DNA of 55,836 nt, from contig DUER01000144.1 of the NCBI GenBank assembly GCA_011192075.1, positions 1 through 55,836 of the forward strand, written 5' to 3'. The position numbers were made by a program, and so were the translations under genes. Each line of letters starts with the position of its first letter. Within the stretch, counting starts at the first letter, position 1. Below, one piece after another: positions 38,274 to 48,823 of this stretch. This DNA comes from Dehalococcoidia bacterium (GTDB taxonomy: Bacteria > Chloroflexota > Dehalococcoidia > Dehalococcoidales > S120). A model generated the notes under the pieces. It made no database searches. It was given only the letters and a program-made list of their open reading frames with translations, and was not told the DNA's origin.

Positions 38274-38912
38274 GTGCCTTGGTTCTGTTATGTGAGCCGA
38301 GTAATAGTAAGAATACTACTTTTCCTGCTGACTCGCTGTCAAGTCAAGGGCAGAGAAAATATCCCTAGGCAAGGTCCCCTGCTAATTGTATCCAACCATC
38401 TCAGTCTAGCTGACCCGCCTCTACTTTACCTTACTGTTGACCGAAAAATGATGTTTATGGCTAAAAACCAGCTATTCCGTCTCAGACTGATTGGTTACTT
38501 GGTACGTAGCTTTGGCGGATTCCCGGTGCACCGGGGGCAACTGGATAGGCAAGCACTACGCCAGGCATATCAGGTATTAGCGGATGGTCTGGCTTTAGTT
38601 GTGTTCCCTGAAGGAATGAGAAGCCGTAGGGGGCAATTACAACCCGCTTTCTTCGGCGTGGCGCTAATAGCCTCCCGTAGTGGTGCCCCTATTCTGCCTG
38701 TAGGCATCTCAGGCACAGAAAAACTTGAGCGCCTATCCTGGTTGTGGCGTCGTCCTCAGATAACGGTTAATATTGGTCACCCTTTTCACCTGCCACCGTC
38801 TAGAAGTAAATTGACCAGAGGAGAGCTCGCTGAGCTTACCCATTCTATAATGCACCACATAGCTGAACTCCTTCCTCAGGAGTATCGAGGTGATTACGCA
38901 GATGAGAATTGA
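38274..38912 (+). CDS. plsC: 1-acyl-sn-glycerol-3-phosphate acyltransferase
   Basis: HX4D motif (NHLSLADP) and FPEGMRS block, with an N-terminal TM segment. Confidence 0.8.
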   Translation: MPWFCYVSRVIVRILLFLLTRCQVKGRENIPRQGPLLIVSNHLSLADPPLLYLTVDRKMMFMAKNQLFRLRLIGYLVRSFGGFPVHRGQLDRQALRQAYQVLADGLALVVFPEGMRSRRGQLQPAFFGVALIASRSGAPILPVGISGTEKLERLSWLWRRPQITVNIGHPFHLPPSRSKLTRGELAELTHSIMHHIAELLPQEYRGDYADEN

Positions 38913-39753
38913 AAAAGCCACCCAAATAGGGTTTTGTTTTGGAGTTAAGCGAGCCATCGATATCGTAGAAAGAACTGCCCGTGAGCGTGGTAGCGTGGAA
39001 ACACTAGGGGCTGTGGTTCATAACCAACAGGTGCTAAAAAGACTAGCTGAGCTTGGAGTTAAGGTGGTCAAGGATGTGGATGACATACATGATAACACCG
39101 TGGTGATTAGTACCCACGGGGTAAGTCCGCAACTAGCAGAGGAGATCCGAGCTCAACATATTGAGATAATTGATACTACTTGCCCCTTTGTTCGCCGAGC
39201 CCAGGTTACCGCTCAGAAACTAGCTGAGTCTGGCTTTTGTGTAATTATATATGGCGATACTAATCACTCTGAGGTAAAAGGCGTTCTTGGTTGGGCTAAG
39301 GGTAGTGGAGTAGCTATGCTAGATGAAAAATTTATAACCAACCTTGACCCTCTGCCTCGCCGTTTAGGAGTTCTATCCCAAACAACTCAAATACCAGCTC
39401 ATTTTACTGAATTTGTAAAGAAGCTTATTGACTCCGCTTTTAGTAAAGATTCTGAGCTGCGCATTATTGATACCATATGCCATGATATTAGACAACGGCA
39501 GGCAGCAGCAGTCAAATTAGCCAGTAAAGCGGACATGATGCTCGTTATCGGCGGTCATAACAGTGCCAATACCAAGCACCTGACTCAGCTATGTTCTATG
39601 GCCACTAAAACGTATCTAGTTGAAACGGCAGAGGAAATTCAGCTGTCTTGGCTTCAAGGGCAATATTACCTAGGGATAACCTCCGGGGCTTCTACTGATG
39701 AGCAGACTATAAATGAAGTATGGATGAAACTAGAAGCCATAGCCCGGGGTTAG
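38902..39753 (+). CDS. ispH: 4-hydroxy-3-methylbut-2-enyl diphosphate reductase
   Basis: GFCFGVKRAI, TTCPFV, DTICHDIRQRQ and GGHNSANT motifs. ATG 38902 overlaps the plsC stop. Confidence 0.9.
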   Translation: MRIEKATQIGFCFGVKRAIDIVERTARERGSVETLGAVVHNQQVLKRLAELGVKVVKDVDDIHDNTVVISTHGVSPQLAEEIRAQHIEIIDTTCPFVRRAQVTAQKLAESGFCVIIYGDTNHSEVKGVLGWAKGSGVAMLDEKFITNLDPLPRRLGVLSQTTQIPAHFTEFVKKLIDSAFSKDSELRIIDTICHDIRQRQAAAVKLASKADMMLVIGGHNSANTKHLTQLCSMATKTYLVETAEEIQLSWLQGQYYLGITSGASTDEQTINEVWMKLEAIARG

Positions 39754-39989
39754 GCACTCCATATTGCTAGGCAGGTAACCGTTCTAGAAATGCCGGCGAT
39801 AGGGTGTATCTTCCCGGTAACTAGGTCACCAATCTCGTTCAGGCTTTCCCCCTCTACTACCGCAATAACATCGTAGGGACCAGTAACAGGATCAACTGAT
39901 TTCACCCCTTCTAACCGCTCAATTGCAGAAGTAACCTCCTTGGTTCTACCCACCGCTGTTTCAATCAGAACGTAAGCCTTCGCTGCCAT
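39750..39989 (-). CDS. Stand-alone Lrp/AsnC-type ligand-binding domain protein
   Basis: 79 aa. AYVLIETAVGRTKEVTSAIERLEGVKSVDPVTGPYDVIAVVEG is typical of the AsnC_trans_reg domain. No HTH is present. Confidence 0.7.
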   Translation of the reverse strand: MAAKAYVLIETAVGRTKEVTSAIERLEGVKSVDPVTGPYDVIAVVEGESLNEIGDLVTGKIHPIAGISRTVTCLAIWSA

Positions 39990-40394
39990 TAGATTCACCC
40001 CCTTCTATAGCTACTAAGCTATTGTCCCCTCCTGGCACAATTCATCTAGCCAGCTCCGTACCTTGACGCCTCCTAATGTTAGCGTCAATCTATTTCTAAT
40101 ACACAATTGGTACAGCATGCAGTGACATAATAACTGAGGAGTTGATAGTAGAGTATATATTGTATTTGACCCTGCCCATACTGTCAACCATAGCATGTAT
40201 TAACCTCACTTCTTTAAGCACGTGTTGCGTCAAAATGAAGTGTTACCGAATGGGGTATAGTTGAAGGTGGCGGAACATAATTACGAGCCGATACATAACG
40301 GCGCCGTAAGATATCTCTAGGACCGATCTTTGGTTTTCTCATCTAGGTCAGATTGTGTAAGGTCAACCCAGTAGCTTTCAAATGGGTCGGACAT

Positions 40395-40421
40395 TCCAGC
40401 TTGGTTTTAGACCAAGCTGGA
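40395..40421 (-). terminator. Strong hairpin downstream of rnpB (no U-tract)
   Basis: TCCAGCTTGGT-tttag-ACCAAGCTGGA has an 11-bp perfect stem and lies about 37 nt 3' of the RNase P RNA end on the minus strand. Confidence 0.3.
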
Positions 40422-40457
40422 ACCAGGTAGGTTCTTAATTCACAAAAAACGCAAAAG

Positions 40458-40810
40458 GTCAAGTAAACCTGTAAGCCGAGTTCTGTACTCCAACTAGAGT
40501 CGGAGTGGTGACCATCTATCTAGCCCTAATGTTACCATCAGGGTCAAGCGACCAACCCGGGGACAGGCCGGGCGTCCTTAAGTCCCTCTATTCGGTCTTG
40601 CTCCAGATGGGGTTTACCCAGCCGACTGGTCACCCAGCCGCTGGTGAGCTCTTACCTCACCATTTCACCCTTACCCTTCCTTGGAAGGGCGGTATGTTTC
40701 TGTGGCACTTTCCGTAGGGTCACCCCTCCTGGGCATTACCCAGCATCCTGCCCGGTGGAGCTCGGACTTTCCTCCCGCCTAAGGCGAGCGGTCACCCAGT
40801 CTACTTGACC
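40458..40810 (-). ncRNA. rnpB: RNase P RNA, bacterial type A
   Basis: The minus strand contains GGAGGAAAGUCCGAGCUCC (P4 5' strand), CACAGAAACAUACCGCC and UACAGAACUCGGCUUAC (P4 3' strand). P1 closes as CAAGUAGAC with GUUUACUUG. Confidence 0.85.
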
Positions 40811-40817
40811 TACTTAT

Positions 40818-40846
40818 ACTGTAGTTTAGGAGGCATCATAAGTCAA
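40818..40846 (-). promoter_or_regulatory. Putative rnpB promoter
   Basis: On the minus strand: TTGACT (40846-40841), 17 nt, TACAGT (40823-40818). The predicted start is about 40810, which coincides with the P1 5' end. Confidence 0.5.
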
Positions 40847-40982
40847 CTTTATTTCTTTTGGGCAACAACTCTTATCTAGTTAGCTATGAATTGTTTTTCT
40901 AGTTATGTTACTTAAAGGACGGACCAATGATAAGCAATCTGTCAACTATCCATTATAGCTGCTCCTTTGCTATAATGAGGCT

Positions 40983-43700
40983 ATGAAAAAACCGCTGCTG
41001 GTGCTTTTTGACGGTAGTGCCCTAGTGCACCGTGCTTTCCATGCCCTACCCCCGTTGACGGTGAGCAAAACCGGGGAGATGATAAGTGTCGTCTATGGCT
41101 TTACCATTATGCTGCTCAAGGTGGTGAACGAGCTGAAACCGAGCCACTACGTCATTGCCTTTGATAAGGCAGCCCCCACCTTCAGACACCAAATGTTTGA
41201 CCAGTATAAGGCACAGCGCCCCAAGACTCCCGACGAGTTGGTTGGCCAACTGGGGCGACTAAGGCAGCTAGTAGAAGTCTTCCACATCCCTATCTTTGAG
41301 CTTGACGGCTATGAAGCGGATGATGTTTTAGGTGCTCTCAGTCACCAGGCTAGCCAAAAAGACATTGATACTATAATCGTTACCAGTGACGCTGATGCTA
41401 TGCAACTGGTTTCACCCAGGGTAAAGGTGCTTTATCCCAAACCCAGGGGGAGCTTTAGCGATACTATGCTCTATGATGAAGCCGCAGTAAGCCAAAAATA
41501 CGGCGTCGAGCCGGAGCAGATTGCCGACTTTAAGGGGCTGGCAGGTGATGCATCGGATAATATCCCAGGCGTTCCCAACGTAGGTCCAGTTACAGCAGCT
41601 AAACTCATCCAGCAATTTCGCTCCATAGACCATATCTATGCCCATATAGACGCAGTAACCCCAACCAAACTCCGGGATACATTGCGACAGAATGAAGCCA
41701 TTGCCCGCCAGAGTAAGGAGCTGGCTACTATTGTTACCCAGACACCGGTTACCCTTAACCTTGATGACTGCCGGGTTAGCCAGTATGAACGGCATCAGGT
41801 AACCGAGCTTTTCCGTGAGCTTGAGTTTTTCAGCTTGCTGCCTAGATTGCCTGAAGTAGAAGATGTAGCGCCCAGAACCACCGCTCGAGTTAAAGCTGAG
41901 CGTCAGCAAGCCTATCATATCATATATACTACCCCAGCCCTTGATGAACTCGTAAGCCGCCTGTCAGCAGCCAAGTCCTTTACCTTTGACCTGGAGACGA
42001 CAAGCTTAAATCCTATGCTAACCGAACTGGTAGGCATATCCCTATCGCTAGCACCTGACGAGGCTTATTATATTCCTATTGGTCATGTTGGTTGGGGGCA
42101 AGTGGAGCAATTGCCACTGGGGCAAGTCATCGACCGACTCAGGCTTCCTCTGGAGGATGCTGCCTTAGCCAAGCTCGCTCACAACGGCAAGTATGATATG
42201 ACAGTGCTGGCTGAACACGGGATAACGGTCAACAACCTGACCTTTGACACTATGCTCGCTGCTTACCTTCTGGGTGAGAAAAGTTTAGGCCTGAAAGCCC
42301 TTGCCTTTGGCAGACTAGGTATTGAGATGACCCCTATCACCGACCTCATTGGTTCCGGGGCTAGGCAGCTCTCTATGTCTCAGGTAGAGGTAAAGCAGGC
42401 TGCCGATTACGCCTGTGCTGACGCTGATATGACCCTGAGACTGGCCGAATTACTAGACCCGGAGCTTCGCCAGCAGGGGCTATGGCAATTATTCTCTGAG
42501 GTTGAGATGCCACTGGTGCCAGTGCTGGTCAGCATGGAAAGGAACGGGGTAGCTCTGGATGCAGAGCTATTAAGGAAGATGTCATACCGCCTCGGTGAGC
42601 AGTTACTCAAGTTGGAGGCTGAGATATATGACTGTGTCGGACATCGGTTTAATATAAACTCCTCCCAGCAATTGAGCGCGGTGCTTTTCCAGGAGCTGAG
42701 ACTGCCGCCAACCCATAAAACTAAGGGGGGTTACTCCACTAGCGCCTCAGTGCTAGAGGAGCTCCGCGGAACTCACCCCATAATAGAATTTATTCTGGAC
42801 TACCGCCAGTTAACCAAGGCCAAATCAACCTATACTGATGCTCTACCTGGTTTAATCAATCACAAAACAGGTCGGGTGCATACCAGCTTTAACCAGACAA
42901 GGACAGCTACCGGTCGGCTTTCGTCAAGTGAACCTAACCTGCAGAATATTCCTATCCGCGGAGAATTGGGGAAACAGGTTAGGAAAGCCTTTATTGCCCC
43001 ACAGGGCTTTTACCTTCTGGCTGGAGACTACTCGCAGATTGACCTCCGTGCCTTAGCTCATCTGTCCCAGGATGAAAGTTTGCTCGGCGCCTTTCATCAG
43101 GATGAAGATATCCATGCTGCCACTGCTGCCCAGCTCTTTGGCGTGGATGCCCCACAGGTAACGCCGGATATGCGCCGCGTGGCTAAGACGGTTAATTTTG
43201 GTGTTATCTATGGTATGAGCGAATATGGGTTGGAGCAGGCGACAGACCTATCACGGGAAGAGGCAGCCCAGTTTATCGCTGCCTACTTTGATAAGCACCC
43301 CGGGGTAAGGCAATATATTGAGTCCACCAAAAAGCAGGCAAGGGACATAGGCTATGTTCAAACACTACTGGGCAGAAGGCGCTCTATCCCTGAAGTTGAA
43401 TCCCCCAACCGACAGGTGAGGGAAGCCGCCGAGCGAATGGCAATAAATATGCCGGTGCAGGGGACTTCTGCCGATATTATAAAGGTGGCTATGATTAATC
43501 TAGGCCGGGAGATAGGTAAGCACCAATTTAAAACCAAAATGCTGCTTCAAGTGCACGATGAGCTTGTCTTTGAGGTACCTGAGGAAGAGTTGGAGTTAAT
43601 GTGCCGGCTCGTTCCTGAAATAATGGCGACTGCTATAGAGCTTAGCGTCCCATTAAAAGTAGACATCAAAGTGGGCAATAACTGGGGAGAGATGGAATAA
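40983..43700 (+). CDS. polA: DNA polymerase I
   Basis: 905 aa with 5'-3' exonuclease, 3'-5' exonuclease and polymerase domains (DYSQIDLRALAHLS, QVHDELVFE). Confidence 0.95.
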   Translation: MKKPLLVLFDGSALVHRAFHALPPLTVSKTGEMISVVYGFTIMLLKVVNELKPSHYVIAFDKAAPTFRHQMFDQYKAQRPKTPDELVGQLGRLRQLVEVFHIPIFELDGYEADDVLGALSHQASQKDIDTIIVTSDADAMQLVSPRVKVLYPKPRGSFSDTMLYDEAAVSQKYGVEPEQIADFKGLAGDASDNIPGVPNVGPVTAAKLIQQFRSIDHIYAHIDAVTPTKLRDTLRQNEAIARQSKELATIVTQTPVTLNLDDCRVSQYERHQVTELFRELEFFSLLPRLPEVEDVAPRTTARVKAERQQAYHIIYTTPALDELVSRLSAAKSFTFDLETTSLNPMLTELVGISLSLAPDEAYYIPIGHVGWGQVEQLPLGQVIDRLRLPLEDAALAKLAHNGKYDMTVLAEHGITVNNLTFDTMLAAYLLGEKSLGLKALAFGRLGIEMTPITDLIGSGARQLSMSQVEVKQAADYACADADMTLRLAELLDPELRQQGLWQLFSEVEMPLVPVLVSMERNGVALDAELLRKMSYRLGEQLLKLEAEIYDCVGHRFNINSSQQLSAVLFQELRLPPTHKTKGGYSTSASVLEELRGTHPIIEFILDYRQLTKAKSTYTDALPGLINHKTGRVHTSFNQTRTATGRLSSSEPNLQNIPIRGELGKQVRKAFIAPQGFYLLAGDYSQIDLRALAHLSQDESLLGAFHQDEDIHAATAAQLFGVDAPQVTPDMRRVAKTVNFGVIYGMSEYGLEQATDLSREEAAQFIAAYFDKHPGVRQYIESTKKQARDIGYVQTLLGRRRSIPEVESPNRQVREAAERMAINMPVQGTSADIIKVAMINLGREIGKHQFKTKMLLQVHDELVFEVPEEELELMCRLVPEIMATAIELSVPLKVDIKVGNNWGEME

Positions 43701-43706
43701 GCCAAA

Positions 43707-44537
43707 ATGCCTGAGCTGCCTGAAGTCGAAACGATAAAGAATGAGCTACTTCCTCACGTTGTCGGTCAATGCATCACCGGCGTTACCCTGTTCTGGGATG
43801 GGATAGTGCGGCAACCGTCGGTTGAAGAATTTTGCTCCCGCCTCATAGGGCAAAGAATAGTGGGACTATCCAGGCGCGGTAAATATCTCATCTTCAACTT
43901 AACCAGCAGTAAAGCATTAATCATGCACTTAAAAATGACTGGTTCGCTACTTTTAGCTTCAGCGGAACCTGAGAAGTTTGTCCGTGCCATAATTCATTTA
44001 GATAACGAAACCGGTCTTTATTTCCGTGACCCGCGCAAGCTCGGGAGGATGTGGCTGGCAGAGGAGGCTAGTTCTATTATGGGCAAGCTTGGCCCTGAAC
44101 CTCTGGAAGCCGACTTTACCCCTGAAATTCTGGCTCAGCGCCTACATGGCCGCAGTGCCCCGATAAAGGCTGTTCTCTGTGACCAGAGCTTTGTCGCCGG
44201 CATAGGTAATATGTATGCCGATGAAGCTCTGTTTGCTACCAAAATCCACCCACTAAGGTCAGGTAAAAGCCTGTCCCGGGATGAGGTAGAGCATCTTCAT
44301 AGTGCTATTCAACGGGTGCTATGGGCAGCTATCGGTAATAAAGGGGCAAGCGTGGATACTTACTTTCGCCCCGGCGGTGAACTGGGGACGGCTCACTTTC
44401 AGTTCCAGGTGGCTCACAGGCTTAGTGGCAAATTGTGCCCGGTTTGTGGCACCCCCATTGAGCGTATTCCTATTCGCCATCGCGGTAGCTACTTCTGCCC
44501 TAAATGCCAGCCAAGTCAAGCCTGCGATATTATTTGA
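43707..44537 (+). CDS. mutM: Formamidopyrimidine-DNA glycosylase
   Basis: MPELPEVETI N-terminus and a C-terminal zinc finger CPVCG..CPKCQ. Confidence 0.9.
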   Translation: MPELPEVETIKNELLPHVVGQCITGVTLFWDGIVRQPSVEEFCSRLIGQRIVGLSRRGKYLIFNLTSSKALIMHLKMTGSLLLASAEPEKFVRAIIHLDNETGLYFRDPRKLGRMWLAEEASSIMGKLGPEPLEADFTPEILAQRLHGRSAPIKAVLCDQSFVAGIGNMYADEALFATKIHPLRSGKSLSRDEVEHLHSAIQRVLWAAIGNKGASVDTYFRPGGELGTAHFQFQVAHRLSGKLCPVCGTPIERIPIRHRGSYFCPKCQPSQACDII

Positions 44538-44550
44538 AAAGGAGGGAAGA

Positions 44551-45822
44551 ATGGGCATAGCTGATAGAGATGAAGTAAAGGAGCTCTTTAAGTACCCTCT
44601 TCTGGAAGCCATAGCTCACCGGAGAGCACGCCGGCTTCCTTTAGGCTGTACCTTAAGCGAGGGAGGACTCCAGCATGCTTCAAAGTAACCTCCGCTGCCG
44701 ATAAGCGACCTGGAGACAGCTATACTGTGCTGGTCCGGGAACGGGGTAACAGGCAGCATCACTGCGACCTGCCCACTCGTACCGGGGGTAACTTATTCGG
44801 CAGTTGGCTTGGTAGGGCTACTCCTTACGCTTGTAACGTGCATAATGTGAAGCTCTTTTTCACCAATGATAACGGCACCTTTGTTTATGACCCGCAAACA
44901 GCAACCAAACCAGTAGAGATTGAGACCGAGGCCGACCGGGAAAAGATAATGACCTATTACCAGGAGAGTTGTATTAAGGTCTTGGATGAGAGAGTAGAGT
45001 TTGTGCCCAAGTCCCTGCTACGAGCGATACACTGGAACACCAATCAACCGGGTACCACTGTCTTTATACCGGTTGTTGACCAGACAGCCGAGTATATCGA
45101 CTTCCTACTCGGTATCTTTGATTATGAGGGTTATGGTTACCAAATGTTCGACGATATGAAAGGACAATTAGCCGGGCTCCAGTACTGGATTGACTCAGGC
45201 AAGCTGAAAGGGCCTAAAGTTAACCTGACTTCCTTTGAGTTTAACATGTTAGGGCTCAATCTGGCTCCGGCATATATGATGCTGGAGAATGTACACCTGA
45301 TAGCCGAGGCGATGGGGCTGGGCTCAGTGGTATTCGGCGGTTATGCTGGAACTGTGATGTTGGGGGGTTACCCCGATGAGTACCGGGCTTGGCTTTCGCT
45401 CTGTTATTAGGAAAGACGGTAGGTCAAACCCGGTTGGTCTGGATGGTGTCTTTGAAGCTTACTGCCCGCCCTACTACCGGAGCATGGACGAGGCAATAGA
45501 CACCTTTGTTGACAAGAAATTTGGCTCCGGTGCTCCCTTTGCCGCTGACTATAAAGGGCTGGTAGCCTTTAAGCACTGGCCGAGAATTCAACCCGACTAT
45601 CACCACCCGTCTAAGGCATCCATAGACCTAGTCAAGGCATTCTGCAGTTATGTCTATGAGACACATGGTCGGTTTCCGGTGACCTCTGATACTATGCTGG
45701 TGCCAATCTGGCTTCAGGTTCACCACCTTGACCTGGACTTCTACGATAAGCACTACCCCAGGGAAATGGTGACCGAGGCGCAGAGACATCACATGGAGCT
45801 GTGGCATAAAGAGTCGGGATGA
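44551..45822 (+). pseudogene. Nitroreductase-superfamily (SagB-like) protein, disrupted
   Basis: ATG 44551 follows AAGGAGGG. There is an in-frame TAA at 44686-44688, then the reading frame changes near 44765 and returns near 45380-45410. The total length of 1272 nt is a multiple of 3, so the two shifts compensate. Motifs: AHRRARR, ENVHLIAEAMGLGSVVFGG. Confidence 0.55.
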
Positions 45823-45837
45823 GCATCAAACAGGGAA

Positions 45838-47328
45838 TCAGCGAAGCTTGGTTATAGCTACTGCAATCCGCTTGAGGCACTGCTTCTTGCCCAGCACAGC
45901 CATAGTTTGAAATAATGGTGGCGCTGCTGTCCTGCCGGTAACGGCTATCCTCAGTGTGCCGAAGAGCTGACCTGTCTTTAATCCCAACTCCTCAGCTAGC
46001 GGTCTCAGCACTGCCTCCAGAGATTCAGCATCAAATGCCTCCAGTAGCTCAATCCTCTCTCGAGCTGTCTCTAGTGCTTTAAATGCTGAACTCTGGCTCA
46101 TATTTTTACCTATGAGCAGACTAGGAGTATAGTCAAGCTCCTCAACGAAGAAGAACTCAGCCAGTTCAGGTGCCTCAGCCAAACTAGTTCGTCCAGCTAC
46201 ATCAGACAGGGTTCTAGCCCGCTCCTGGACGAGGGGCATAATCTGCCTGACATAGTCAATAGACAGGGGGCGCTTCACCCTACGAGGTAAACCATTATTC
46301 AGGAAAGGAAGCACCCGCTGAGTGAAATCTTCCAGGGTTAAGCTACGGATATATACTCCGTTCATCCAATTAAGCTTGTCCCGATTGAAAATGGCGGCGG
46401 TCTGACTAACTCGCTCCAGAGAGAAGTTATCTATTAGCTGCTGCCGGGACAAAATCTCTGTTCTATCATCCAGAGACCAGCCGAGCAGAGCCATGAAGTT
46501 CACCATTGCCTCGGGTAAATAACCCTGTTGCTGATACTCGGTGATGGACACAGCTCCGTGCCGCTTACTTAATTTGGCTCGGTCAGAGCCTAATATCATG
46601 GGGAGGTGGGCAAACTGGGGTGGCTCAAAGCCGAGAGCCTGATATAGAAGCAGGTGGCGGGGGGTGCTGGATAGCCACTCCTCAGCCCGGAGCACATGGC
46701 TTATCTCCATCAGGTGGTCATCGACCACACTTGCCAGGTGGTAGGTAGGATAGCCATCCGATTTTAGCAATATAAAATCATCAAGGGTATTATTGTCAAA
46801 TACCATCTGTCCCCGGATCAAATCATCAAACCTGGTCGGCCCGCTAAGGGGGGTCTTGAAACGAACTACCGGGGTGATGCCTTCGACTTCCTTTAGAGAC
46901 CTCTCTTCCTGACTCAGGTCGCGGCAGTGCCGGTCATAACCTGGCGGTTGCTTGCGCCTGACCTGTTCTGCCCGCATCTCCTCTAGCCGCTGAGGGGAAC
47001 AATAGCAATGGTAGGCATCCCCTTGGGAGACCAGACGCTCGGCTGCCTCACGATATACCTCCAGACGCTGCGATTGAAAATAAGGACCATATTTACCACC
47101 TACCTCAGGCCCCTCATCCCAATCCAGGCCCAGCCAGCGCAGACCATCAAGGATAGTCTGCATCGCGTCCTCAACTTTTCTGGTGACATCGGTATCTTCA
47201 ATGCGGACAATGAAACTACCCCCGTGGTGCCGGGCAAAGAGCCAGTTAAACAGGGCAGTCCTGATATTGCCCACATGGGGATAACCAGTAGGACTAGGAG
47301 CATAGCGGACTCTGAATAAATTAGTCAT
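45838..47328 (-). CDS. gltX: Glutamate--tRNA ligase
   Basis: Class I HIGH-type motif (PTGYPHVGNIRTA) and KMSKS-type motif (KLSKRHG). 496 aa. Confidence 0.95.
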   Translation of the reverse strand: MTNLFRVRYAPSPTGYPHVGNIRTALFNWLFARHHGGSFIVRIEDTDVTRKVEDAMQTILDGLRWLGLDWDEGPEVGGKYGPYFQSQRLEVYREAAERLVSQGDAYHCYCSPQRLEEMRAEQVRRKQPPGYDRHCRDLSQEERSLKEVEGITPVVRFKTPLSGPTRFDDLIRGQMVFDNNTLDDFILLKSDGYPTYHLASVVDDHLMEISHVLRAEEWLSSTPRHLLLYQALGFEPPQFAHLPMILGSDRAKLSKRHGAVSITEYQQQGYLPEAMVNFMALLGWSLDDRTEILSRQQLIDNFSLERVSQTAAIFNRDKLNWMNGVYIRSLTLEDFTQRVLPFLNNGLPRRVKRPLSIDYVRQIMPLVQERARTLSDVAGRTSLAEAPELAEFFFVEELDYTPSLLIGKNMSQSSAFKALETARERIELLEAFDAESLEAVLRPLAEELGLKTGQLFGTLRIAVTGRTAAPPLFQTMAVLGKKQCLKRIAVAITKLR

Positions 47329-47362
47329 TTAATACTTTTCTCAATAGCATCAACCATAAGTG

Positions 47363-47806
47363 TCAACCGATTACAGGTACCCCAACAATATAGGGTGCGA
47401 GACCGTTAGGATACCTACTCATAGATTTACCATAGTTCTTTTTATAAAGCTCTGTTTCTTCATATTTCTGAAGCCAAGCTCTTGCCCCTTCAATAATATC
47501 ATTACAAAATATACACACATCTATATTCAGTGCGTCATTCATAATATTGCAATGAAAAACATATGTGGTAGTAGAGGGTTCAACAAATATTACTCTTGAA
47601 TAACCACTTTTTGGATGTTGAGAGCTTCCTTGATGTAATAACGAACATCGAAAAAGGCAGCAATCCTCGGCCGTTAAAAAACCTGTGTATTTATGAGCAA
47701 CGTATTCATTAAACCAATCTTTATATTTATCGCTATGAGCTAGACCATTTTCAGACCCAATAGCACCGCATATATCTGGTTTAGCTAACGCAGCAAAAAG
47801 CGACAA
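47363..47806 (-). CDS. AT-rich orphan hypothetical protein
   Basis: 147-aa ORF from a TTG start with no SD. The frame stays open upstream to 47881 (YKVGSKLIKDFLEQIETGLKSNLYY..) without an ATG or GTG. It looks markedly lower in GC than the flanking gltX and rluD. Confidence 0.4.
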   Translation of the reverse strand: MSLFAALAKPDICGAIGSENGLAHSDKYKDWFNEYVAHKYTGFLTAEDCCLFRCSLLHQGSSQHPKSGYSRVIFVEPSTTTYVFHCNIMNDALNIDVCIFCNDIIEGARAWLQKYEETELYKKNYGKSMSRYPNGLAPYIVGVPVIG

Positions 47807-47925
47807 ATAATAGAGATTACTTTTTAATCCGGTCTCAATTTGTTCTAGAAAGTCTTTTATGAGTTTGCTCCCAACTTTATATTAATTGATATTACCCCAA
47901 TTCTACCACCCTACTCCCCAAGATT

Positions 47926-48822
47926 CTAGGCTATATTCTCCAGCGCCTGCTCCAAGTCTGGAGGGAGGTCTGAGGTGAATTCTACGTATTCGCCGGTGGA
48001 GGGCAGGTTAAAGCCCAGGTGGCTGGCGTGGATGAATTGGCGTGACACATGTGCTGACCTTACCCCGTAGGTGGTGTCTCCCACCACCGGATAGCCAATA
48101 GCCAACAGGTGAACCCGTATCTGGTGGGTGCGGCCGGTTTCAGGTCTGACTTCAAGCAGGGTATGGTTACCTATATACTTAATGACCTGATATTGAGTGC
48201 GAGCTTCCTTGCCCTCAGTCACTACTGCCATGCGCTTTCGGTTACTGGGGTCGCGCCCGATAGGGGCCTCAATTAGGCCGTTCTCCGGAGTAAGATGTCC
48301 CTTAACCAATACCAGATAGGCTTTTACTACAGCGTGAGCCTTGAACTGGCTTATCAGGTTAGCCTGAGCCACACTATTCTTGGCTACTACTATCACCCCT
48401 GAGGTATCCTTGTCTAACCGATGCACAATCCCCGGTCGCAGGGAATCGCCGGTATCAGGCAGGTTAGGCAAATAGGACAGAATTGCATTAACCAGGGTAT
48501 GACTATAGTGTCCCGGTGCTGGATGGATAGTCAGCCCGGCTGGTTTATCTATGACTAAGAGGTCGTTGTCCTCGTAGATAATATCTAACGGCAGAGCCTC
48601 AGGCGATAGAGGACTGGGTGCAGTAGGAGGTATGATGATATTTACTCTATCACCAAGGTTAAGTTTGAGTCCTGCCTTGGTCACACGGTCGTTAACCGTG
48701 ATATAGCCATCGTCAATAAGCCTTTGAACCTGGGTTCGGGAGAGCTCCGGGTACTTCTGACACACATACTTATCGAGACGAGTATCCTGTTTATCAGCTA
48801 TCAAGCTATATAATTTGTCCAT
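47926..48822 (-). CDS. rluD: 23S rRNA pseudouridine synthase, RluD family
   Basis: S4 domain plus catalytic HRLDKDTSGVIVVAK. The start is trimmed to MDKLYS (48822), next to the lspA stop. Confidence 0.9.
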   Translation of the reverse strand: MDKLYSLIADKQDTRLDKYVCQKYPELSRTQVQRLIDDGYITVNDRVTKAGLKLNLGDRVNIIIPPTAPSPLSPEALPLDIIYEDNDLLVIDKPAGLTIHPAPGHYSHTLVNAILSYLPNLPDTGDSLRPGIVHRLDKDTSGVIVVAKNSVAQANLISQFKAHAVVKAYLVLVKGHLTPENGLIEAPIGRDPSNRKRMAVVTEGKEARTQYQVIKYIGNHTLLEVRPETGRTHQIRVHLLAIGYPVVGDTTYGVRSAHVSRQFIHASHLGFNLPSTGEYVEFTSDLPPDLEQALENIA

Positions 48823-48823
48823 C

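Noticed and set aside
40200-40394. Possible small frame-broken minus-strand gene (MSDPFESYWVDLTQSDLDEKTKD.. / ..RDILRRRYVSARNYVPPPS..)
   Set aside because: It is short, has no SD and no recognisable motif, and needs a frameshift. The evidence is insufficient to call it.
40505-40717. 70-aa plus-strand ORF in the supplied track
   Set aside because: It lies entirely inside the RNase P RNA gene on the opposite strand. Its GC-rich structured sequence explains the open frame.
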